Position numbers and translations under genes: made by a program
Assembly: GCA_028534125.1 (NCBI GenBank)
Contig: CM052850.1
Location: 1,178,001 to 1,242,000 of the forward strand
Reading direction: 5' to 3'
Length of the DNA: 64,000 nt
Source of the DNA: Lama glama
Taxonomy: Eukaryota
In this document: one piece after another, positions 20,425 through 32,500 of the stretch
Layout of the letters: each line of letters starts with the position of its first letter
How positions within the stretch are numbered: the first letter of the stretch is position 1
The notes under the pieces: model-generated
The model's input: only the letters and a program-made list of their open reading frames with translations
Told to the model about the DNA's origin: nothing
Database searches by the model: none

Positions 20425-21185
20425 CTGTATCACCTGTCTCCTGCTTCATAACAAACCACCAAATGCAGAGGCTCCAAACAGCACAGCTTTACCATTTCAC
20501 AGTTAGCTGCTGTGGGTGGAGAATTTGGCACAACTTAGCTAGGTCCTCTGGCTCAGGGTCTCTTTCGAGGCTGCAATCAAGCTGTTGGGCTGGGAGCCAC
20601 ATTCAGCTCAAAGTTCGACTGAGACAGGATCAGTTTTGCACAGGCTGTTGGACAAAGGGCCTCGGCTTCTCACTGGCTGCTGCCCAGAGGCTGTCCTCTT
20701 GGCTACACCAGCATCTCCACAGTGCAGACCATCACAGAGCAGCCGATGTCACCAAAGTGGGCGAGTGAGAGAGAATGAGAGAGAGCTAGCTGGATGGAAA
20801 CACAGCCTTTTGTTACCTAATCTTGGAAGTGACATCCCATCACTTTTGCAGTATTCTATTTTTTCTCTTTTCATGTTTTTAAAAAAAATTTTTTATAATT
20901 AGTTTTATTTCTTTATTTTTAGAGGAGGTACTGTGGATTGAACCCAGGACTTCATGCATGCTAAGCACGCGCTCTACCGCTTGAGCTATACCCTCCCCCT
21001 GTTTTTTTTAATTTTTAAAAAAATTTTCTGTTTATATTAATAACTTGTTTCTTTTTACTTTGTTTGCCGTATTCTTTTCACGTGAAGCAAGGCAGTAGGT
21101 CCAGTCCACATTCAAGGAGAGGGGAGTGCACAGGGGGGTGAAGGCTGGGATCATGGGGGCCACGGGCTGCCTCCTGCACCCACTA
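20425..21185 (-). mobile_element. MaLR (MLT1-type) LTR interrupted by a SINE
   Basis: ataacaaaccacc...cttagctaggtcctctggctcagggtctc...cttggaagtgacatcccatcacttttgc...gtccagtccacattcaaggagagggga. Confidence 0.75.
20860..20999 (-). mobile_element. Camelid tRNA-Ala-derived SINE (Vic-1-like)
   Basis: Minus strand GGGGAGGGTATAGCTCAAGCGGTAGAGCGCGTGCTTAGCATGCATGAAGTCCTGGGTTCAATCC... with A/B boxes and an A-rich tail. Confidence 0.88.
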
Positions 21186-21646
21186 CGGCCCCTGAGCGAA
21201 GGGGTGTCTCTGCCCTGCACATTCCACCCCGGTTTTACTAATCCCCTCCCTTGGGACCAATTCTATAGATAGACTAACCTGGGGTGTCTGGAAACCTTCA
21301 TGGGAAAAACTCTCTGTCCTCTCACCAGTTTTAAGACTTCTTCCTTTTTCTTAAAAGAATACATTTTAAAAAAACATAAGTTTTTCATATTTCAAAAGTA
21401 ATACAAGTTCCTTGTGGAATTCCAACAATATCAAAATATAAAAGCTATAAATAAAACTCCCCTAATGTTCCTCCCACATCCTGGAGGTGAGCAGTGTTCA
21501 TCTCGCGGTCTACCCCTTCTCCCAGTACATGTGCTAATGTCATATTCTTGTTAACTTACTAAAAAGGTTAATTTACTAAAAAAGTTATCAATCTCTTCTT
21601 TGGTTTGTGTTGTGTCTTACTTAACTCAGTAGCTTGACCTTCTCCC

Positions 21647-21760
21647 TTTTTTTTTTTTTACGATGGAATGCGTCACAAATCTGAGTGTCATCTTTGCACA
21701 GGGGCCATGCTAACCTCCGTGTTGTTCCAATTTTAGTCCATGTGCAGCCGAAGTGAGCAG
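21647..21760 (-). pseudogene. RNU6: U6 snRNA retropseudogene (near full length, polyadenylated)
   Basis: Minus strand TGCTCACTTCGGCTGCACATGGACTAAAATTGGAACAACACGGAGGTTAGCATGGCCCCTGTGCAAAGATGACACTCAGATTTGTGACGCATTCCATCGT plus A-tail. The ACAGAGA box is corrupted. Decayed TSD agcttgaccttct / agcttgccatct. Confidence 0.93.
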
Positions 21761-24700
21761 CTTGCCATCTTTTTATAACAGCGTGTATAGATCTACCTCA
21801 TTCTGTTCCTGTACACACGTATCATAATTTATCTAACCTTTCCCCTATTGGTGGTCACTTAGGTTTAAAAAAAGTTCTTATCTACCGTGCTTATTACAAA
21901 CAGTGCCACAGTGTGCATATGTGGGGCTGCAGAGGGCGGGTATTTGCACACTTGCGTATGTCAGCAGAACAGGTTTCTAGAAGTAGAATGCTGAATCGAA
22001 GTGTATTACAAGATGTTCTCCAGAAAGCTTGTACCAATTTCAACTTTCCCAAAGCTAATAGTGAGTGTTTTTCAGAGGGCAGTCCCTGCATGATTTGGTC
22101 TGTTGCCTTTTACAGGGACCCAAGACCCTGTTCATTGTGAGAACATCTCAAAGCAGTAGAGGAAAAGTTGTCAAAGATCATGGCTGCAATCAGAAAACCT
22201 CAGATTAGTTCTCAGCTGACTCTGGTTCCGATTCTGCTTGGTGACTCTGTGCCAGTACTTGACGAGGAAGTGTAGCTGTGTGAACCTCACCCACACAGCT
22301 CAGCCCGCACCACAAGCAGGGTGACTCTGAAGTGTTCCCACAAGACCCAGCTCCTCATCCGGGGCAGGACATTCACATGACTGATGAGCCCAGAACAGAC
22401 CACCAACACTCCCATCCGGGACCTCGCCGAGGTCAAGTGGTCATCAAGTTCCCTCCCCAGCAGGTGGAAGGGACCCTGCAGGGCCTCTGGACTGGGAAGT
22501 TTTCTTGATGGAGTCTTGCTAACACTACCATCTCAGCTGAGGTGGGAGGGGCTGAGGAATTCAAAGGCCAGACACCCTTATAAAAGCTGGCACACAAGGT
22601 CAGACCATTTTGTGTCCCAGTTTAGGCTGTATTTGTCCCAGTTCCAAGACTGCACTCACGATCTCCCATAAAAAGGGGGCACTCTGGGTGTGATGGCATA
22701 CACGGGTAATAACTCACTGAGCTATATGCTTCACATGTGTGCATTTTACTACATGCAAACCACATTTCAAAAGAGAGAAGGGAAGGAGTGAGGGAGGGAG
22801 CATAAAAGAGAAAGAAAAAGGGGAAGATAGGAGAGGGAGGGGCAGTAGAGGACAGGGTCCCAGAGTGCACCTGCCTGTCCGTCCGAGCACACCCCTCCTC
22901 AGAATGTGGGGAGAATGAGGACCTAGGGAACCGCTACCCTGGGTTCCATCCTGGACCACGTGAGCCGCTGGCACTGGCCTGAGCCCTTTGCTCAGCCATG
23001 GGGCATCCACTGGTGAGAGTCAATAGTACAAGGGATGGCGTGTTAGGAGAGCTTCTCCACAGCAACGTGTGGCGATGTCATAGTGCAAAGTATTAATGGA
23101 ATATTACCGCCCCCACCCTCTCTTTCATTTCATGACCTTTCCCCGCAGTCCTATGGAGAAACAGGAGGCTGCCATTTGTCCCAGAGAAGAATTGTCATGG
23201 TGGAGCCAGAGAAGAAAGCCAACAAATTGTTGTCTTTTAAATTCAAAAGCAGCGGCCCTTATGTAACATGGAAATACAGGTTGGAGGGGTGGAGAATGCT
23301 GGCTGAGTCAGTCTATTCCACTCTCCACCAGTCCTCCCCCTGCCAGCCCTCGCTTCCCTGCCTCCACCCTCCCATCCCCTAGAAGATCAAGAAGGGAGAG
23401 AGACCAGTTGGATGGGGAACTCACAGGAGAGGCACTGAAGACCACTATCTCCTGGAAGCAGCTAGCTTCAAAAGGGAGAAATGACAGCCCCCAGAAAAGT
23501 TTGGAAATATCAAACTAGGGGAACTTGAGTAGGTTTAAACTTGAAGTGTCTGAGTATGCCTGGAACCAAATAAGACTATGTTTTCTGCCACCAGAAGAAA
23601 AAGCTAAAAATAGAGAGTTTGGAAAAATACAGACTTTTTTTTTTTTGCATCTCTATTGGTGGGAAAATGAATATTTGCCACAAAAGTACAATTTTTTGCA
23701 GTGGGGGTTTTTGCATTCTGTATCACCCTTATTGCAAAGATGCATTTTCCAAGCCTAGAAATCACACGTGTGTCCTAACTAGGACTGATAAGAAAAGAAA
23801 AGGAAAAAAAAGAAGAAAAAAAGATAGTTATGGCTCAGCTCTTGTCCTCTGGAGATTTTCAGCCAGGTCAGCTCAGACATCAAATGAGAAAACAGAAGGT
23901 ACTAGATTTCCCCTCTCTCTCTGCCAAGAAAGATGTTCCCCAGGCCCCTGTGCCCAGGCCTGCCAGACCAAAATAGGAGAAAAGAACCACATGACAACGA
24001 GGCTCATTTCACAGCTTTTTTTACTTCCTCATCCCTGAATGTGACTCAGAGGACACCCAGGAACTGGATGAGGGAGAGAGGGTTCAGTTCTCTGAGTACC
24101 ACCGAAGTCTGCTAGAGGTCAAGTGAAAGGAGGCACTATGGATACAGGCTTCTGCAGCCTGGACCCACCACCTGGACACCTGGCCCCCTGCCCTCCCTGC
24201 CCTCCTGCCTCTCCTCACATTCCAGCCTAACCCTGGCCTCCAGAAGACGTGGAAATGTCCCTACGCGTGGGGGGCTCAGTTCTAAGAGCTGAACTGGGGG
24301 ATCGATTGGCCAAAGGTAACAGATGGGTTTTTTTTGTTTGTTTAGTTCAAAGGGAGCAAATGAACCTAAGATTCTATGGTTTTATCTCCCCAAATGCGTG
24401 CGTGGTGAGCGGAAGCATGGAGTAATCAGCTGAAGTGCAGAAACCCCGCCTTGGGTGGTTGGCTGAGTGCTTGGGAAATTGTTTCTGAAGCAAGAGCAAT
24501 GATGATAACCAATCAAACACTGGCTCGAGATTTTGCAAACCGGACCCGGAAGAATCATTTGAGTTCTAGACAGGTGTTGTAGTGTCACATGTTATGAGAA
24601 GCACAGGAAATCTTTTTGAGAGCCAGCTGGCTGAGAGACAGTCCAAAGAGAAAAGGGAACCCCTCTGGTTCACCGAAGATGGCATGTCGGAACAGCCAAG

Positions 24701-25125
24701 CTGTTGGAACATTTTAATTCTGGAAGAAGGAAGAAATCATTTGAATGCATTTGTCACATGTAGGGTTTTTCAGGGCAAGGCTCTTGAGCCGGAAGTTCCT
24801 TAAGAGGACGCTAGAGTGCGCAGACCGGAGCTCTCTGATTATCTGAGGACTCCGCTAAGCTTGACATCAACCTTGGGTTTCGAGTCTCCATTTCCTTTTC
24901 TCAGTTAAAACAATGAGTATAGAGACTGATAAGAAAATGATTATTAAATGTAGCTTAGAAAACAGCTAACTCAGTGGTACAGCGTCGTGACTTTTTGCCT
25001 AAACAAAATAGAAGTGAATTGTTGGACTTTGAACTGCTAAATTTAAAACACGAACATTTGCCTTAAAAACGGAACCCAGAGCTAATTTGTTAACCATTTT
25101 CCTAGAATTGAGCAAAAGTATGCAA

Positions 25126-25220
25126 TTTTTTTAAATGGAGGTACTGGGGATCGAACCCAGGGCTCCCGTGCATGCTAAGCGTGCACCCTACCACTGAGCT
25201 ATTGCACCACCACCACCCCC
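25126..25220 (-). mobile_element. Camelid tRNA-derived SINE
   Basis: atggaggtactggggatcgaacccaggg...gcatgctaagc...accactgagcta. Confidence 0.85.
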
Positions 25221-28200
25221 TCTAAAAGCAGCTGATTTTTAAAGCTACCTCATGGTCAACTAAACAGATTTTTTAATTCCTCAGAACTCTATCTTGAAAG
25301 AAAAAAACAAAAAACCCTCTGGTAATTGACACTTACTGTTTGTCGCCTGTTCCGTGCTCTTCCTTGAGCCTGGTAATCAGGGCCCTGCTGGGTTTCTGGG
25401 TCTTCCAGCTGGTACCCAGGTTGCTATAGAGATGCTAGGAGCAGAATCCAAAGTGAGCAGTTGTCTGAGGAGTCCCTGCTCAGGGCCTGAAAACAGCTCA
25501 GTGGGAGCTTCAGCAGGTGACACAGATTTTTCCAGAGTTAAAATGAAAGCCTCAGCGAGCAAGCATTCACCTGCTTCCTCCCCAGGCAGAGACAATCTAG
25601 TTGTTAAGAGGTTGTCTCCAGTTGACTTTGGCCCATGACCTCAGTGTTCCTTTACTGGAAGTTTCTCAAAACATCTCCGGAAAGCTAGGGGTCACCAGAT
25701 CCCCAGTACTTCCCACAGGGCCAGTCCGCTCCCTGCCCAGCTCTCTGCCAGGGTGCCCCAGTCTGAGCCAGAAACGAATTCCAGACCCCTCGGGTGGCCC
25801 CGGGGGACCTGAGAAGGTACCTGGGCCCAGGGCAATGGCTAAGGGGATGGAGCTGCGGGCCCAGGCTCCTTCAGCTAAAATGGGCTCCAGGTGGAGGCCC
25901 ACGGGGCCGGCGTCTTGGGAGACGCAAGGACCACAGCAGATAAGGGAAGAACACAGGGTCATGCCAGGGGCTCCAGATCCCAAACGTCTCAGACATTTGT
26001 TAAAGTTCTGGCTTTTTTTTTTTTTTTAATATTTGCCTTTATAGAAACTTGTTTGAGGTCACAAAATGAGGAAACATTTCTAGTATATATTTAAGCTTTT
26101 AAAAAGTTAGGAGGTCAAGGCCGTGATGCAGAACCTGCTTGCATGTGTGGCGGCCCTTGTGCTGATGGAAGCCCCCACCCTCGGGCTCCCAGCCTCCCCT
26201 GGCCGAGCTGCTGAAGCCCGGCCCTGCTGCCCTGTGCCCTCTGCCCTCAGGCCCAGCTGTCTCTCACGGCTTCTCCCACAATCTGTTTCGCACTGGGGAG
26301 ACTCAGCTTTTGATGGACTGACACATCCGAGGCCGGAGACTTTAAAGCAGGAAGTGAAGCTTTTGTTCTGTGTGGCCAAGGGCTTGAGTCTGTCTGATAG
26401 TGGCTCAGAACTTGAGGCGACCTCTAAAGGTCAAGTTGCTCCCGGCTTCTGGACAGGAGAGCTCCGCTCCTGGAAAAAGGGTCCCCGCTTTTGCTGGGTT
26501 TTGTTTGCTGTTTGCTTATTAATTGGGGGGGGGCAAAGTTTGCAAGTGAACTGTCTTTGACATCCTTTGGATTCTCGGAAAGAAAACCGCTGCCAAAGCA
26601 AGAATAAGCGAAACGCTTCTGAGGGGGCCATGGCTTTCCCCTCTTCCTTACTGAGCAGGAACTGCCTTTGGAGTCAGGCAGACCTGCGTCCTGACCCTGG
26701 TCATTTACGTGCTCTGTAACCTTGAACAAGTCCCTTAGGCTGAGACCCCGCTCCTTTTACTGTCAACAGGTTTTTGCAAAGAGTAGAAGGACACACCTAG
26801 TTCTCGAGCTTTCTTGGCACACAGTAGGAGCTCAATAGAGAATGACCAGGCTGTTGTTATTTGGATTAGTTGCCAGCGCCCCTCCTACCCCGGAAGGTGC
26901 CAGCCTTTGCAACTACAGCGGTTAGATACTTGGGGGGGGGAGCGTGCAGATACGGAACTGGGCTCGTCTTGGGGGACCCGCAGTGGCAAACAGGCAGTCA
27001 CGGTGAGGGGGGACAATGGAGAAGGGGCTGGGTGGGTCTTGCTCGTTTCTGACAAAGTTCTGAGAATGCAGCCCTCTGTTCCCCGACCTTCTCGAGGATC
27101 AAGTGGGAACACGGGTGGGCCTGCGCCCTCCTTGCTTTCACTCACCTACAGGGGGAGGGCTTTTTGATGGGCTGTTGCTGTCACTACGCCTCTTCCACGT
27201 GCACAGTGCTTGGGAGGCATGTCCGCCTCAAACTCTGTGTCCAGAGGGCAGGAGGTGCACGTGGACAACGTCTGCCTCAGACCTGGGCCCCTGGCAGGTG
27301 GGCTCTGAAGACCTCAGAGTCACTGCTGCTTGTCACCGAGTCCTTCTCTGCGACCCCAGGCGTTTTCTTGGATTATTTGGTGAAATTGTGGGAAAGAGTT
27401 GGGGTTGATTTAACCTAACTTAGCTGCTCAGTTCTGTTCAGGAAGCAGGCAGCTAGAGCTTCTGCAGCAAGAAGGGAAAAACCACTTCATCAGGGGAGAG
27501 GTGTTACTTCGGAAAGATGCTGGAACCCGCGTGGGGTTCGAAAGTGCCGAGGCAGAGGGGTGGGGGCTGCAGTCCCAGGGAGGCGCCACTCCCACCTGTT
27601 TGGAGCATCACGCCCACCAAGTGTGGAGCTCTCCTTCCTTCGCAGGGTTGATGAGAAAGCAGCCACCCGTTGTCCCCTCGCCCCCTGCTTACCTCCCCTG
27701 CTCCTCACACCCTGACTTCTGCTTCCCCCGCATGGCAGCAGCTCTGCCAGTGCCCTCGCCTTGGCCCTCAGCCTCCTTCACCCACTCCTTGAAGTGTTTC
27801 GCCTCCTGACACGTGTGACCGCGTCGCCCTGACTCTTCTCTTGCCTCGCTGAACACTGTCTCCCCGAACGCTCCACAGGCCCCGCCTGCCTCAACTAGGA
27901 AAGCTCTCAAGCTCAGCCCTCGTTTTCTTGAAGCCTTATCAGCCCATCTCAGAGTTGTGTTCTGCAGAGCCAGTATGGCCAGGAGTTATCGGTACAAAGC
28001 TGCGGGAGCAGACGAATTACCTCTCCATCTTCTCCATCTCCTGTGGCGGCCGCGGCTGTGCCAGCCTCGCCATCACTCTGGCTGGAAACACCAAGGACTC
28101 CTTTATTTTTGATTCCTCCTCTTTTTCATCTCCATGTGTAAAACAGATCATCTTTGGCATTTATTCCCACCCTTCCTCTCTTCCTGCAGCTAGCTTAGCA

Positions 28201-28233
28201 TTATTATTTCTTGCCTGGAATATTACAGTAGCT

Positions 28234-28320
28234 TTTTTTCTTTTACATGGAGGCCCCGGGGATGGAACCCAGGACCTTGTGCATGCTGTCCTCCACGGCT
28301 GAGCTGTACCCACCCCCCTC
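28234..28320 (-). mobile_element. Camelid tRNA-derived SINE (diverged)
   Basis: atggaggccccggggatggaacccaggaccttgtgcatgct...ctgagctgtacccacccccc. Confidence 0.8.
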
Positions 28321-29547
28321 CAACAGCTTCTTAATATGTTTTCTTGTCCAGATAAGAACCACTTCTCCGGGCTCAGAACACCTTATTCCCTTATCTTCCT
28401 TCCCAATGGACAGGGATGGAAGGAGAAAGCAAGAGACGGTCTGGAAGGACTGTGGCTGCAAGAAATCGACGTCTCGCCCGTGGCTTGTAAGCAGACAATC
28501 CACAGAGGGAGAGAAGGACGTACAAACAACTCTGTTTAATGGAAAATTACACTAGATTCTAAAGCAAGAAGTCCACTGTTTTACGTAAAAGGAGATTTTC
28601 ACAGCATTTAGTGACACTGGACAGAGTGTCTTGAATTTTATGGCTTTAATTGTACCTCAGTGCAATAAAGCATTCTGCAAAGCTTTTGTGTGCTAGAAAT
28701 TCTAAGGAGAAAATGGCTACAGAGCTGAGAGCAGGCAAACCAGCAGCTGAGAGAAATCTGCTTGGAGTTTGGACAGAGGTAGGGTTGAGCTTCCGAGGGT
28801 CCAGCTGAAGAGGTGGTGCCCAGATGCTGTGACGCTTATGGTCCAATCAGCCAGGAATGGGAGGACGAGGATGCCACACAGAGATTCAGCACCCCCGGGA
28901 GCAGGCAGAGGCTGCGTGTTCATTTTCCTGTCATAAATTTGGAAATCCGAAAGCACCCACTGCATGTGGGCAGCTGCGTGGAACTTTTACGTGGCATTTT
29001 GTGGCAGCCTCTGGACAAACCAGCATGTTGGGCGCTATTTATATAACCATTTTGCAGATGAGGAAACTGAGGCTCTTGAGAATCAGTGTGACTTGTGAAA
29101 GCTGGCTTAGGTAGTACAGGACAGAGCCAGGATTAGAATCCAGGCTTTCTTGGTTAAAACACAGCTTGAGAGAGGGCCAGCGGTGGTTATGTGCTTCCAC
29201 AGAATTCAAGGTCATGAAAGAGGACAGAAGTCACTGAGACACCCCCAAACCCTGGCTCTGACCAGTTCAGGCTCCCTGGAAAATCTAGGGGAACTTGGCA
29301 CCTCCCCCAAAGGCTCTCCTCTGGAATGATGCTAGGAATTCGCTGAGAAGTCTGAGCGAGGTGGGACCAGGGCAGAAGGTGTCAGCAGAGGGGGTCCCAG
29401 GCCACAGCAGAAATGGCCAGATTTTAGCCTCTGCAGATGGTCTGGAGGAGATGGGCTCCACCCAGCAGCATTCAGGAGCAACAGGGGATGACAGTCTGTC
29501 AGGGGTGGCGGTGAGAGAGAGGAGACCATGTGTACCCAACAGTACGT

Positions 29548-29725
29548 ACAGAATGAGTTACAGAATTTCCAGGGCCTTGTGCAAAGTGAAAATGTGGCCT
29601 CTTGTTCAGAATCATTAAGCACTTCAAGACGGTGACAGCAGAGAATTAAACCAAGCATGGGGACATTATAAGCCCGGGGCCCCACTGACTGACAGGTCAC
29701 GCGCGCGATCACACGTGGTGACTGG
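29548..29725 (-). mobile_element. MER45A-like hAT DNA transposon
   Basis: gggccttgtgcaaagtgaaaatgtggcctcttgttca...ttcaagacggtgacagcagagaattaaaccaagc matches MER45A from memory. Confidence 0.7.
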
Positions 29726-30194
29726 CTTCCCTCGTAGCTGTCGTGATAGACGTCTCTGTGGAGGAGGAGTGTTGCAAGGGAGAGTGGCTGGGCAGGTCGG
29801 AGATTCTGACTTCTCTTCCTCCCCCACATTCACTCAAAATAGCTGAGTTACAACAGCCTCCAATTTGTCAGGTAGGATCTTGTCCCAAGCACTTGACTGG
29901 ATCATTGCTCCTCTCCCACAACCCGCCTTTCCACCCAAGAAAAGCGAGGCTGTGAGGCTGGGAGACCCACAGCAGCTGGAGGAAAGGCAAGATTTGAACC
30001 CGGGTCTCTGGACTCCAAAGCTCTCCCCCACTTCTGTGCGTTGCCTCTACCTCTGAACCCTGCAAGAAATGGAAATTTTAGGAGCTTCTGGCAGGGAAGC
30101 TGATAGCTCTATACTAGGTCAGTGTTTCTCCAACTCCAGTCTTTTATAGATCACTTCCACAACTGTTAGCCGTATTTTCAATCCACCTATAATT

Positions 30195-30310
30195 GGTGGG
30201 GTTGGTAATTAAGTTTTTATTTATTTAATTTAATGGAGGTACTGGGGATTGAACCCAGGACCTCGTGGGTGCTAAGCAGGCACTCTGCCACTGAGCTATG
30301 CCCACCCTCT
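30195..30310 (-). mobile_element. Camelid tRNA-derived SINE, nested in an older hAT-like element (about 30120-31000) that also holds an L1M piece
   Basis: taatggaggtactggggattgaacccaggacctcgt...ctaagcaggcactctgccactgagctat. Confidence 0.85.
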
Positions 30311-31536
30311 ATTAATTCACTTTTTTTTTTTAAAACATTAGCCTCTTCATAAAATGTAACCGTGAAATTGCGGGTTTGGTGCGCTAACTGCATGTTTTCT
30401 CTAGTACACATTAAAATAAATAAACTCTCTGTCCTACCTAGAAGGTCCTTCTGTAAATGCATCCTATAAACATGTTCACAGATGTGTGAAATAACGTCTA
30501 CAGTACGCAAGAACATTTCGCTGGAACATGTTATGATAGTATATAATTAGAAACAACGTGACTGTTTCTCAGCAGGACCCTGATTATACGAAGGAAAGCT
30601 ACACAGCCGTTAAAAAAAAGGGGGGGAGGAAGCTCTCTTTGTCCTGATAAGGAACTGTTGTTAAGAAAAAAGAGCAAGGTGCAGAATTGGGTATCAAATG
30701 TGATGTGTATAAAGGGGGAGCAATGAGGTCTACGTTTGTATATCCTTAAAATCTCTTCTGAGAAAAGATTGCCAATAAAGCAATGCAAATCATTCCTGGT
30801 GGGCGGGAAGTGTTTGGCAGTGATGGAAGGAAAACTTTTCATGTTTGTTCATTTTGAACCATGTGTATGTATTATCTGTCCAAAAAATTAAATGAGCTAA
30901 AATACTACAATCATTATTATGATGGGAATGTTCATCCACATGTTGCCTAAAATCATCTGGTGAGACATCGATGGTAAGTGTTTCTACTTGGGAAAAACAG
31001 CTCTGATGGGTTTGACTCACATGAATGGGGTGATGGTCTTGGTCAATCACTGTCAAGCAGGTGGAAGTCCTGGACAGGTGGGCCAACCCGAGTGCTGGGA
31101 AGGACCTGGAAGAAGCCCATCATTAAGCCAGGCTCTTCAGTCATATTCTGTGCCAATGCGGTCCATGTTGCTGACTGCCCTGAAGCCCAGAAAAGAAGCT
31201 GAGCCCCAGAGAGAAGGGGCTGTGTCCCTTTGTGAAGACTACGTGAGCTATGTCCGCTCTGGCTGCTGCACTGTGACCTGATGGGAAAAATAACTGACTG
31301 AAATGGGGGCTTTCTAGACAAGGTCTCCTAGTCTGAGCCCAGGGTTCTGGGGAAAGAGAGGTGAACGCCTGCCAGGTCAGGATGGGAGCCCAGGATGACA
31401 GACAGCCACCATGAATGGGAAAGGGTGTAGGCAAGAATGTTCCGAGGTAGGGAGTTGGTGTGTGTCTCCTGTGCAGGTCAACAGAGAGATTACTCAGGTC
31501 CCTGGGTGGGTGGTTGAGTCAGGAGCCAACTGACAG

Positions 31537-31587
31537 AAGAGGTGGTTGCACTTAAAAAAAAAAAAAAAAAAAGAGGTGGTTGCACTT
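31537..31587 (+). mobile_element. Poly(A)-only retro-insertion with a perfect 17-bp TSD
   Basis: AAGAGGTGGTTGCACTT (31537-31553) + A17 + AAGAGGTGGTTGCACTT (31571-31587). Confidence 0.85.
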
Positions 31588-31719
31588 CTGTTAATGCGGC
31601 CTCGATTGCATGAGCTGTTTTGGCAACTGCGTGATCCTGTTGACTCAACGCTGACCTTGCAGACAACCCAGATGGTGAGGCTACTTCCAATGCGTTGTTC
31701 TTAGAGTTACCGTCTTACT

Positions 31720-32500
31720 ATATTTGGGCAGTTGAGTTTTTAAATTTGAGAGTAAATCCTTACCTGTCTCCCCATCAAATTTCAGCCTTGGAGTTTTTTT
31801 GTGAATCAGTATGACTCAGCCTGTATTTTAATCCTGATTCTGTTACTGTACGTGTTGGTGTTCTGTCTCCAAGCTTTGGGCCGTTTGTAAAGCTGATTCA
31901 AGTTGTTTATAAAAAGGTCAGAAAGCACGAGTTGACATTGACACATCAAGAAGACTCTATGGACATACTATAGAGCCAACTAAATCATCTAAAGTGTCTT
32001 ATCCAAGGAATAAATACCTTGGCCAAATATCTTTCTGATATTTGCCAACTTCCTGGTCCTCCTATCTGGAAAGTTTTCTCAAAAAAAAAGGGGGAGAGTT
32101 TGCTTTGACTTGATTTGTTCTTAGTAAACTCATGTCAGTTCCTAAAACCCCAGCTTCCTTTTTGTTTCTGGGTGCCTTTTTAGAATAACCTATCTTTTAG
32201 AATTCTTCCCAGGGATCAGCTGGTAAATCTCTGACGTCATTTTTAGAATCATGTCTTTCAGAAAACTAGAATCACACTAACCCATGCATCCTGGTGTTCC
32301 GGCCTCTACCCCAGCCTCCACGGTGCGTCAGTCAGTGACCAGGTTGAGTGGTCGTACTTGCAAAATCTTTCAGTTCCTGGGATTTCACGACTCTAGGTCT
32401 GATACCTGGAATTTCTTTAAAGCAGCTCTCAGCTTCTTCCCCATCCTCTCTCCGTCTGGGTCTCCATTCCCTGTGTAGCTTGGGAACAAAGCAGGAGCTG
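31720..32500 (-). mobile_element. Ancient CR1/L3-like LINE remnant
   Basis: aatcctgattctgttact...ccaagctttgggccgtttgtaaa...caagttgtttataaaaa resembles L3; highly diverged. Confidence 0.45.

Noticed and set aside
22570-22590. CACCC + TATAAAAG as an intergenic promoter
   Set aside because: No downstream exon or ORF, and followed by repeat-like sequence; a lone TATA match is expected by chance.
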